From the NCBI GenBank assembly GCA_016432525.1, contig CP066693.1, positions 482,732-546,731 of the forward strand: DNA of 64,000 bases. Direction: 5' to 3'. This stretch comes from Candidatus Woesebacteria bacterium. GTDB lineage: Bacteria > Patescibacteriota > Microgenomatia > UBA8517. How positions within the stretch are numbered: the stretch's first letter is position 1; the number at the start of each line of letters is the position of its first letter. The notes below the pieces were generated by a model. The model searched no databases. It was not told the origin of the DNA and saw nothing but the letters and a program-made list of their open reading frames with translations. The translations under genes were made by a program, and so were the position numbers. Below, in pieces: positions 18,494 through 27,208 of this stretch.

Positions 18494-19735
18494 ATGCCAA
18501 AATTCCAAAAAAAAATATTTCTCATTCTGATTTTAAGTTTTATATTTAGACTTATTCTAATTCCAGTAGCTCACCACGGAGATTTAAACAACAACATTTC
18601 CTGGGGAAACGAAGCTCTTGTAAGAGGGTTTATCAATTTCTATGAGAGTAAAAATTGGCCTTATTCAGTCCCTAATCAACCTCCTCTGTACATTTTTCTT
18701 TTTACGATTAGTTCCTTTCTTTATAAATATATAGGAACTATTTCGTTTTTCTTAAACGATAAAATTGGGATTTTTCCATCGAGCTTTATTTGGTTTTGGC
18801 AAAATTCTGGGATGGATATTCTAGTTAAACTTCCTGGTATTCTTGCTGATCTTGTAATTGGCTATTTAATTTACAAAAAAACCAATCTGAAACTAACTAT
18901 TTTATGGCTTTTTAATCCCATCACTTGGTATCTCTCGTCAATCTGGGGCCAAACAGATTCAGTTGTGAATTTGTTTGGCTTAATTTCAATATTTTTTCTA
19001 CTTAAAAGAGATTTAATTAAATTCTCAATTTTCTATACTATTTCACTTCTGTTTAAACCTTCGCTTTTAATTTTATCACCAGTTTTATTAGTAATTGCAA
19101 TCATTCAAAAATACAAAAAACAAATCTGGATTAAATCAATAATTTATTCATCAATAATCATTATTCTATCAAGTATTCTTTTCCATCCTAAATTTGATTT
19201 GCCAATTTGGTTATTTAATCTCTATAAAGATAGATTCATTTCAGGAGAAATAGGGGATCTACAAGCAAATGCTTTCAATTTTTGGTGGTTAATAGATAGC
19301 AAAAAAGTTTTAGATTCGACAATTTATCTTGGATTACCAGCAAGAGTTTTGGGCTATCTGATAACAATAGCTGCAATTATTCCCAATTTATTTTTTCTAA
19401 AAAAGAAATTTTTACCAAAGAATATTTTTATACTCCTTGCATTATCTGCTCTTATCACCTTTCTTTTTATGACCAGAATTCACGAAAGATATTTGTATCC
19501 ATTTTTTCCACTTGCAACAATCTCTCTCGCATTCTTTAACTGGCTTACTATTCCTTATATAATTCTTTCAATAACTTTTTTCCTAAACCTATATCATCTT
19601 TTCTACGCTCCCTCAATTCCAGTTTTGGAAAGTTTATATAGCTTTCAATTCTTCCCAGTAATCTTATCTTTAATAAACATCCTAACTTTTGGATATTTGT
19701 TATTTAAACTATCAAAAATAAAAACTAACTTGTAA
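18494..19735 (+). CDS. Polytopic membrane protein, GT-C-like (possibly a DUF2029/GT87- or PIG-M-like mannosyltransferase).
   Basis: 413 aa that are almost entirely TM helices. The N-terminal region is RLILIPVAHHGDLNNNISWGN...NQPPLYIFLF. It is preceded by a TATAAT-like box at 18465-18470. Confidence 0.4.
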   Translation: MPKFQKKIFLILILSFIFRLILIPVAHHGDLNNNISWGNEALVRGFINFYESKNWPYSVPNQPPLYIFLFTISSFLYKYIGTISFFLNDKIGIFPSSFIWFWQNSGMDILVKLPGILADLVIGYLIYKKTNLKLTILWLFNPITWYLSSIWGQTDSVVNLFGLISIFFLLKRDLIKFSIFYTISLLFKPSLLILSPVLLVIAIIQKYKKQIWIKSIIYSSIIIILSSILFHPKFDLPIWLFNLYKDRFISGEIGDLQANAFNFWWLIDSKKVLDSTIYLGLPARVLGYLITIAAIIPNLFFLKKKFLPKNIFILLALSALITFLFMTRIHERYLYPFFPLATISLAFFNWLTIPYIILSITFFLNLYHLFYAPSIPVLESLYSFQFFPVILSLINILTFGYLLFKLSKIKTNL

Positions 19736-19769
19736 GATTTGATTTTCTAGGCTTATACTAAAATTATAG

Positions 19770-20324
19770 ATGACACCAAATCCTTCTGATATTCCGCCTT
19801 TATTAACAATCACAAATCCAGTTACCTATTTAAAAAGTTGGTGGAAAAAAGTTATGTCAAACGAAGGAGTTGATCTAAGGTTAAAAATCAAGCCATTAAC
19901 AGCAATTGGCATTGCATCATTAATTGCGGTAAGTGGGTTTAGCCTAGGTCGCATTGGAAATTTTGCAAATACTCAAGTTGCAAAATATATTCCACAACTA
20001 GCAGTTACCCCAACTCCATCTCCTAACCCGTGGGTTAATGGCGCTTATCTTGGAGTATTGCAAAGAGGAAGCAATGGAAATCTTTACCTTATTACTAAAT
20101 CAGCTGAAGCGCTGCTTTTAGATTATCCTCAAAATAGTAAACTTCCTCAATATATTGGCAAAAAAATTTTAGCTTCAGGAAAATTTAACACCCAGACAAA
20201 AGTTTTATTTGTTGAAGATGCAACCGCCCTTGAAATAATCTTGCAAACCCAACCAGTCCCGACTTCTTCACCATCTCCAATGCCATTACAAACCCCCACT
20301 CCAGAGATCATTCCTTCAATGTAA
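19770..20324 (+). CDS. Hypothetical membrane-anchored protein with Pro/Thr/Ser-rich linkers.
   Basis: 184 aa with one TM helix (LTAIGIASLIAVSGFSLG). It has a TPTPSPNP linker and a C-terminal PVPTSSPSPMPLQTPTPEIIPS tail. Its GC content is locally higher than in the neighbouring genes. Confidence 0.5.
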   Translation: MTPNPSDIPPLLTITNPVTYLKSWWKKVMSNEGVDLRLKIKPLTAIGIASLIAVSGFSLGRIGNFANTQVAKYIPQLAVTPTPSPNPWVNGAYLGVLQRGSNGNLYLITKSAEALLLDYPQNSKLPQYIGKKILASGKFNTQTKVLFVEDATALEIILQTQPVPTSSPSPMPLQTPTPEIIPSM

Positions 20325-20343
20325 TTTAGGGTATAATTAATCT

Positions 20344-21957
20344 ATGAATAGATGGCTACTTTCGTCTATAATAATTCTTGCCTTCCTAGTTAGAATTATA
20401 GGAATTTCAAGCCATCCAGCAGGCTTTACTCCAGATGAAGCTTCGTTCGGCTACGATGCATATTCAATTTTAAAGACTGAAAGAGACCAGTGGGGTAATA
20501 CTCTTCCAATGTCATTTAAATCCTTTGGAGATTACAAACTTCCTGTTTATACATATCTTACAATTCCTTCTGTTGCCATTTTTGGCCTCAATGAATTTGC
20601 CACTCGTCTTCCAAACGCACTTATTGGAACACTGGCAGTATTAGCAACTTATTTTTTAGCGCTCAATTTTACAAGAAATAGATTGCTTGCATTAATCTCA
20701 GCCATAATGTTAGCAATCTCCCCTTGGCATGTAGCTCTTAGTAGAGGAGCCTTTGAAGCAAATTTAACAACTTTTTTTCTTACAGCAGGAATTTTATTTT
20801 TTCTAAAAGCACCCAAAAATGAAAAATTATTTTCTTTATCAGCTTTGTTTTTTGGAATTAATTTGTTCACATATCACTCAGCAAGGCTCTTAACGCCTTT
20901 AATAATATTTTTTTTAATTTATGAAAATTTCAAATCGATCAAAAAATTAAATTTTACAAAAGCTATTTCCTCTATAATTTTTTTAGTCTTTTTCTTTGCC
21001 GCATTTTTTAATTACACAGCAGGGGGAGGTGCTAGGATTTCATCTTCTTCAATTTTTTCACTCTCAGAAAATGTTCTGACGGATCGATATAAGTTAACTC
21101 AAACTGGAATGCCAATTTTTCTTGCAAAAATATTTAACAACAAAATTACCTACATAAGCCAAATTTTTGTTAAAAATTATCTGTCTTATTTTTCTCCTCA
21201 ATTCTTATTCACAAACGGGGCAGGGGAGGGAACTTATGGAATGACACCGGGAGTTGGGATTCTATATCTTTTTGAAATTATTTTTTTAATAAGTTTTATT
21301 TTTTCAAAACGCTTAAAAGAATTAAAACTCCTGATTTTTTGGATACTCGTGTCCCCCATCCCTGCTGCACTTTCTTTAGGTCCAGGTTATGCGGCAAACA
21401 GATCTGCTTTTATGATGCCAGCAGTTCAGATAATGTTAGCAACTGGTGCTCTAATCTTATTTGAAAAATTCAAAAAACATGTTAATTTTAAATTTTTAAT
21501 TTCATTGTTTGTTATCTTTTATTCCTTATCTCTTATTAATTACCTTCAAATCTTTTGGTTCAATCAACCAGCAACTCAGTCAAAGTCAATGATCTTTGGG
21601 CCTAAACAAATTATGGAAATTATAAATAATAAAAGTTTCGACAAAATAATCATGAGTAAAAAAATTTCAGAACCTCAAATTTTTGTAGCCTTCTATCAAA
21701 AATTAGATCCTAATATCTACCAAAAATTTTCCCAAAACTGGGATTTTGAAAGCAAAGGATTCTCTTGGGTCGACCAGATAGGTGAGTACAATTTGCAAAA
21801 TTTTACATTCAAAAATCTTGACTTTAATATTGACTCTAAAAACAAAAACTCTCTTTTGATAGGTGATCCATCAGATTTTCCAGAAAATTTAAAGCCAGAT
21901 TTTGTTATAAACTATCCCGACAATTCTATAGCCTATTATTTAGTTAAGACTCAATGA
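20344..21957 (+). CDS. PMT_2 / ArnT-like polytopic membrane glycosyltransferase (GT-C).
   Basis: FTPDEASFGYDAYSILKTERDQWGNTLP carries the DE motif. It is a close paralog of 23572, 25568 and 27205. Confidence 0.7.
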   Translation: MNRWLLSSIIILAFLVRIIGISSHPAGFTPDEASFGYDAYSILKTERDQWGNTLPMSFKSFGDYKLPVYTYLTIPSVAIFGLNEFATRLPNALIGTLAVLATYFLALNFTRNRLLALISAIMLAISPWHVALSRGAFEANLTTFFLTAGILFFLKAPKNEKLFSLSALFFGINLFTYHSARLLTPLIIFFLIYENFKSIKKLNFTKAISSIIFLVFFFAAFFNYTAGGGARISSSSIFSLSENVLTDRYKLTQTGMPIFLAKIFNNKITYISQIFVKNYLSYFSPQFLFTNGAGEGTYGMTPGVGILYLFEIIFLISFIFSKRLKELKLLIFWILVSPIPAALSLGPGYAANRSAFMMPAVQIMLATGALILFEKFKKHVNFKFLISLFVIFYSLSLINYLQIFWFNQPATQSKSMIFGPKQIMEIINNKSFDKIIMSKKISEPQIFVAFYQKLDPNIYQKFSQNWDFESKGFSWVDQIGEYNLQNFTFKNLDFNIDSKNKNSLLIGDPSDFPENLKPDFVINYPDNSIAYYLVKTQ

Positions 21958-23582
21958 AAAAGATTCTTGTAATTTTAATTATTTTAGTTATAACAATCCC
22001 CTCTTTTTTCAGAATGCTAAAGCCGGGGATTTTCTCAACACAGGATTTCCATTTGTTTAGATTAGCCGAATTTGATAAATGTATTTCTGATTTTCAAATC
22101 CCCTGTCGCTGGGCTCCAGATGCAGGAGCTGGGTTTGGAGAACCGGTATTCAATTTCTATGGCCAGCTAAGCTATACCATAGGCGAGTCGTTTCATTTAG
22201 CGGGATTTTCAAAAATTGACTCAATTAAAATTTTATTTATTCTTTCTCTGGCTCTTTCAGCAATTTCAATGTTTGCTCTCGCCAAAAAAATCTGGGGAGA
22301 TAATTTATCAGCACTTCTATCGAGCGTTATTTACATTTATGCTCCTTATAGAGCTGTAGATATTTGGGTTCGTGGTGCGCTTCCAGAGGCATTTTGCTTT
22401 ATTTTGTTTCCGTTAGTTATCCTACAAATAGAAAATTACTTGGAAAAACAAAAAAAGAAAAATCTCTTATTGTTTGGTTTATTTTTTGCGATTCTTATTT
22501 TAACTCACAATTTATCAGTAATATTATTCTTACCTTTCTTGGTAATCTGGACTATTTATAGATTATTTTTTTATAAAAAACCAAAATTACTAATCAACTT
22601 GGCTTTCGCAGCAGTTTTTTCGTTTTTAATATCTTCATTTTATTTACTTCCGGTCATATTTGAATCAAAATTTATCAATCTTCAATCAACCACATTAGGT
22701 TTTTTTGATTGGCGAGCTCATTTTGTAACTTTAAATCAACTTTTTATTTCCAGATTTTGGGGATATGGAGCATCTGTCTGGGGACCAGAAGACGGCTTAA
22801 GTTTATCCGTAGGTCAAATTCAATGGACAATTCCAATAATAATATTAGCTTTTGTTTTGTTCAAATTATTTAAATCCAAATCTTTGAATGAAAAAGATGC
22901 AAATTTTTTAGTAATATTCTCAGTAGGAGTTCTTGCCCTATTTCTCACGCACAACAAATCAACCTTTTTATGGAATCATCTTTCCTTTTTATCTTTTATC
23001 CAATTCCCTTGGAGATTTTTAGGCCTAGCTGTTTTTTCTTTTTCTCTCGCCTCGGGAGAATTATTAAAATATATAAAAATATTTAAAATACCAATTTACC
23101 TCATAGTAATCTTTACTGTAATTTTGCTAAATTTCCAGTTTTTCAGAGAAGACATTTGGTTTAATGTTAAAGATACTGATACAGAAATTGGTTCTTCCTG
23201 GACTGAGTCGAAATTCGCTTCTCTTCCTGATTACTGGCCAAAATATGGACCTCTTCCAACAAAAGAAGCTCCATCTGAAACCGATGACATTAAATTAATT
23301 TCAAAAAAGAGCAGTACTCAAACCTTTGAGTTAAAAAATATAAATAAACAATTAGAATTTCCAATTAGTTATTTTCCAGGTTGGCAAATAAGCTACAATG
23401 GAAAAAATATTAACCCATCCCCTTCTCAAAACGGCCTAATTTCAGCATATATTCCTGATTCGCCCACTAAAGAAGTGTTTTTGACCTTCAAAAACACTTC
23501 TGTTCGAACAATTGGAAATTTAATTAGTTTAATCTCAATTATTTCCTGGATAGTTATATTTATCATTAAATATGAAGCTTAA
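21954..23582 (+). CDS. Polytopic membrane protein, GT-C-like (FPWRFL-motif family). It is a paralog of the 5'-partial gene at 1..1482.
   Basis: 542 aa. Motifs shared with 1..1482 are listed under that gene. It has about 12 TM helices and a C-terminal soluble region. Confidence 0.55.
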   Translation: MKKILVILIILVITIPSFFRMLKPGIFSTQDFHLFRLAEFDKCISDFQIPCRWAPDAGAGFGEPVFNFYGQLSYTIGESFHLAGFSKIDSIKILFILSLALSAISMFALAKKIWGDNLSALLSSVIYIYAPYRAVDIWVRGALPEAFCFILFPLVILQIENYLEKQKKKNLLLFGLFFAILILTHNLSVILFLPFLVIWTIYRLFFYKKPKLLINLAFAAVFSFLISSFYLLPVIFESKFINLQSTTLGFFDWRAHFVTLNQLFISRFWGYGASVWGPEDGLSLSVGQIQWTIPIIILAFVLFKLFKSKSLNEKDANFLVIFSVGVLALFLTHNKSTFLWNHLSFLSFIQFPWRFLGLAVFSFSLASGELLKYIKIFKIPIYLIVIFTVILLNFQFFREDIWFNVKDTDTEIGSSWTESKFASLPDYWPKYGPLPTKEAPSETDDIKLISKKSSTQTFELKNINKQLEFPISYFPGWQISYNGKNINPSPSQNGLISAYIPDSPTKEVFLTFKNTSVRTIGNLISLISIISWIVIFIIKYEA

Positions 23583-25242
23583 AAACATTCCTGTCCCTTT
23601 AATAATTATAATTTTTTTTGGCGCTATTCTTCGCTTTACAATGCTTTCTCAAATGCCACCTTCGCTTAATTGGGACGAAGTATCCCATGGCTACAATGCT
23701 TATTCAATCCTAAAAACTGGTCATGATGAATGGGGTAAATTTTTTCCAATCACAAACTTTAGAGCCTACGGAGATTACCCTCTTCCTCTAAATCTTTATC
23801 TTACGATTCCATTTATAAAAACCCTAGGTCTAAATGAATTTGCAATTCGCGCTCCTCACGCACTTTTAGGAGTAGGTACTATTATTGCCACTTATTTTTT
23901 AGCATACGGGGTAACAAAGAATAAAAAAATCTCTCTTATAGCTTCATTTTTAGCAAGTATTGACCCTTGGCTTTTGTTTCCATCGCGTGCAGTTTTCCAA
24001 TCAAATCTTTCAGTTTTTTTTCTAACCTCAGCTCTCGCTGCATTTGTAAATAGAGAAAAGAATAAGTTTCTTTTGCCTCTCGCATCTCTTTTTTTGGGAT
24101 TAACACTTTTCTCCTACCATTCAACTCGAATTTTATCTCCTCTTCTATTAATATCTTTACTATTTATATATCGGGAAGAGTTTCTAAAACATCTAAAAAA
24201 AATTACACCTAATTTCTTGTTATCAATTGTTTTTCTAATTGTCTTTTTCGCCCCTTTACCTTTTATTTTTTTAAACCCTGATGCTAGAGCTCGTTCAAAC
24301 GTTGTTTTTTTGCTAGATCAAGGTGCAGTTAATCAAATCGAAAATTTAAGAAACAATTCGGGTCAATCTTATAAAAACTTAATCTACAATAAATTTACCT
24401 ATTTTACTGTTAAGTTTCTCCAAAATTATATAGATTATTTCTCTCCCCAATTTTTATTTTTAAATGGAGGAACACAGTATCAGTTTAGTGTCCCAAACCA
24501 AGGTCTTTTGTATTTAATAAATCTTCCCTTTTTTTATTTTGGTTTATTTTTGTGTCTAAAAAATATTAAGAAAAAAGAATACCAACTTCTTTTAATTTGG
24601 CTTATTCTCGCCCCAATTCCAGCTGCAATTACTCAAGATAAATTTGCCGTAATTCGCGCAACTACAATGCTCCCTTTGCCTGAAATTTTAGTAGGCATAG
24701 GAATCATCAAAATTTTGGAAAAATTAAAGAACAATAGAGAAATGGCTATTCTGATGTTTGTAATTGCAATGATCCTTTCTTTAGAAAACTACATAGATGT
24801 TTACGCAAAAAGTTACAGGCAAAATTATTCCTGGTCTTGGCAATATGGTTACAAACAAATAGTTGGATATATCCAGGAAAATTACGAAAACTACGACAAA
24901 ATCATAATTACCAAAAAATATGGAGAGCCTCACGAATACTTTCTCTTTTTTCTCCAATACAATCCTGCTAAATTTATAAATGACAAAAATTTAATCCGCT
25001 ACGGAAAGTCAAACTGGTTTTGGGTCGATCGTTTCGACAAATTTTATTTTGTAAACGATTGGCAAATTCCACATAATAATTCAAATTTTATCTTAGAAAG
25101 TAAAAAAGAAGAAATAAACTGTGATAAAAATATCAAATGTCTACTTATATCATCGCCAGAAAATCATCCAGTAGGCTGGAAACTTTTAAAAATCATAAAT
25201 TTCTTAGATAATAGTAAAGCCTTTGAAATATGGAAGAATTAA
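23572..25242 (+). CDS. PMT_2 / ArnT-like polytopic membrane glycosyltransferase (GT-C).
   Basis: LNWDEVSHGYNAYSILKTGHDEWGKFFP. Confidence 0.7.
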   Translation: MKLKNIPVPLIIIIFFGAILRFTMLSQMPPSLNWDEVSHGYNAYSILKTGHDEWGKFFPITNFRAYGDYPLPLNLYLTIPFIKTLGLNEFAIRAPHALLGVGTIIATYFLAYGVTKNKKISLIASFLASIDPWLLFPSRAVFQSNLSVFFLTSALAAFVNREKNKFLLPLASLFLGLTLFSYHSTRILSPLLLISLLFIYREEFLKHLKKITPNFLLSIVFLIVFFAPLPFIFLNPDARARSNVVFLLDQGAVNQIENLRNNSGQSYKNLIYNKFTYFTVKFLQNYIDYFSPQFLFLNGGTQYQFSVPNQGLLYLINLPFFYFGLFLCLKNIKKKEYQLLLIWLILAPIPAAITQDKFAVIRATTMLPLPEILVGIGIIKILEKLKNNREMAILMFVIAMILSLENYIDVYAKSYRQNYSWSWQYGYKQIVGYIQENYENYDKIIITKKYGEPHEYFLFFLQYNPAKFINDKNLIRYGKSNWFWVDRFDKFYFVNDWQIPHNNSNFILESKKEEINCDKNIKCLLISSPENHPVGWKLLKIINFLDNSKAFEIWKN

Positions 25243-25571
25243 ACCTAAAATGCCCAACATGTCATGTGGATGTTCGTCAAACCGATTTTTTTTGTTATAA
25301 CTGTGGCAAAAAATTGAAATCAAAACCACTTTCAACTTCCATAACAACACAAGCCCTTATTTACTTAGGAAGTTTTCTTCTTCCTCCAATGGGAATAATT
25401 TGGGGAATTAAATATTTGAGACAGGAGAATAGTCAATCGAAAATAGTTGGTATGATTGCAATTTTATTAACTATCATATCTCTAATTTTAACCATTATTT
25501 TTACAATTAATTTTGTAAACAGTTTAAATAGTCAAATAAACTCACAATTGCAAAACTTTGGTGGATTATGA
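25230..25571 (+). CDS. Small zinc-ribbon membrane protein (hypothetical).
   Basis: 113 aa. It has an N-terminal CPTC-x14-CYNC four-Cys motif followed by two TM helices. It overlaps both neighbouring PMT_2 genes by a few nt. Confidence 0.45.
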   Translation: MEELNLKCPTCHVDVRQTDFFCYNCGKKLKSKPLSTSITTQALIYLGSFLLPPMGIIWGIKYLRQENSQSKIVGMIAILLTIISLILTIIFTINFVNSLNSQINSQLQNFGGL

Positions 25572-27208
25572 AACTAAAAAATTATTTAGTGCTATTTTTA
25601 ATTCTAGCATTAGCCTTATTTTTAAGACTTTATCATCTCGGATCAAATCCTCCACATCTTACCCCAGACGAGGCAAGCTTAGGTTTCAATGCTTATTCGA
25701 TTTTAAAAACTGGACGGGACGAATATGGAAAATTCGCACCTTTAATTTTCAAATCCTTTGGAGATTTCAAACCTGGGTTGTATGTGTATACGGCAATTCC
25801 ATCAATTGCAGTTTTTGGTCTTAGTGAATTTTCAGTACGCCTCCCATCGGTAATTGCAGGAGTTGTCGCAGTTATTCTTATTTATTTAATATGCAAAAAT
25901 TTATTTGATAATAAATTCGCCCTAATTGCAAGTTTTTTTTTAAGCGTTTGTCCATGGCATATTTACTTCTCAAGAGGAGCATGGGAAATAAATTTATCAC
26001 TTACATTGACTCTTGCAGGAATTTACTTTTTTCTAAAATCTTTTAAAAATCAAAAACTGCTAATTTTGTCCGCTGTTTTCTTTGCTTCGACTCTGCTTAC
26101 TTATCAAGGAGCAAAAATTTCAACATTTGCAGTGTTGTTAGCTTTGTTAGTTTCTTATCATAAAGAAGTTTTTAAATTCAACAAAAAAATAGTTGTAATA
26201 TCTACGATTTTAGCAATCACAATTTCAATTCCTATTGTTACAAGCCTTTTCAATGGGGAATTGGGGAGAGCCTCGGTATTCAGCGTTTTTTCTTATCCAA
26301 GACCACCGGATTATTTGTTAGGCCAGCTTTCTCAAGGCAACGAAAAAGCTGGAAGTATAAGCTATTTTATTTTCCATTCAGAAGCTCTAAATTTCGCACG
26401 TGGTATATTAGGCCGATATTTCAACCATTTTTCAGGACAATTTTTATTTTTTGAAGGTGATTTTCAAAATTCTCGTCATTCAGTGCCAGGTATGGGAGTT
26501 CTTCTTCAATTTGATTTAATTTTAATTTTATTGGGTCTAATATTTTTTATTCGTTCAAAAAAGAAAACCCAGAAAATATTTTTTCTTTTATGGCTTGCTC
26601 TTGCTCCAATTGCATCCAGTATAACCAAAGATTCTGTTCACGCTGTTAGGTCATACAATATGCTTATTCCATTAGTAATTCTTGAAACCGCAGGTTCACT
26701 TTTAATTTTTAAAAACTACAAAAAAATAAAATTATTCATACCGATTTTGATTTTTCTTTACTTGGCTAATTATATCTATTTTCTAGATGCTTATTTCATT
26801 CACCTTCCAGCTCACAACGCAGAATATTGGGAATATGGATATAAACAAATCGTTGAAACTGTAATGCCAATTAAATCAAATTATAAAAAAGTCTTGATTC
26901 CACAATCCTACGCTCAGCCATATATTTATTTCCTATTCTTTACTAAATATGATCCAAAAACTTACCAACAAAACTCTATGCTAAAAGAAAGTATCAGTGG
27001 TGACGTGGGCATTGTTGAAAAATTGGATAATATAAATTTTGTTAATTTTGATTGGCCAAAGAGTCAAAAAGAAACAAATACTTTATTCGTAGCTACAAAT
27101 GAGCAAATAAATTTAGACGAAATTCAAAAAGGAAAATTTAATATCATAAAAGAGATTTACTACCCCAAAAGCAAAAACTTGGCATTTAGAATTTTCGAAA
27201 GCAAATGA
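25568..27208 (+). CDS. PMT_2 / ArnT-like polytopic membrane glycosyltransferase (GT-C).
   Basis: LTPDEASLGFNAYSILKTGRDEYGKFAP. Confidence 0.7.
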   Translation: MKLKNYLVLFLILALALFLRLYHLGSNPPHLTPDEASLGFNAYSILKTGRDEYGKFAPLIFKSFGDFKPGLYVYTAIPSIAVFGLSEFSVRLPSVIAGVVAVILIYLICKNLFDNKFALIASFFLSVCPWHIYFSRGAWEINLSLTLTLAGIYFFLKSFKNQKLLILSAVFFASTLLTYQGAKISTFAVLLALLVSYHKEVFKFNKKIVVISTILAITISIPIVTSLFNGELGRASVFSVFSYPRPPDYLLGQLSQGNEKAGSISYFIFHSEALNFARGILGRYFNHFSGQFLFFEGDFQNSRHSVPGMGVLLQFDLILILLGLIFFIRSKKKTQKIFFLLWLALAPIASSITKDSVHAVRSYNMLIPLVILETAGSLLIFKNYKKIKLFIPILIFLYLANYIYFLDAYFIHLPAHNAEYWEYGYKQIVETVMPIKSNYKKVLIPQSYAQPYIYFLFFTKYDPKTYQQNSMLKESISGDVGIVEKLDNINFVNFDWPKSQKETNTLFVATNEQINLDEIQKGKFNIIKEIYYPKSKNLAFRIFESK

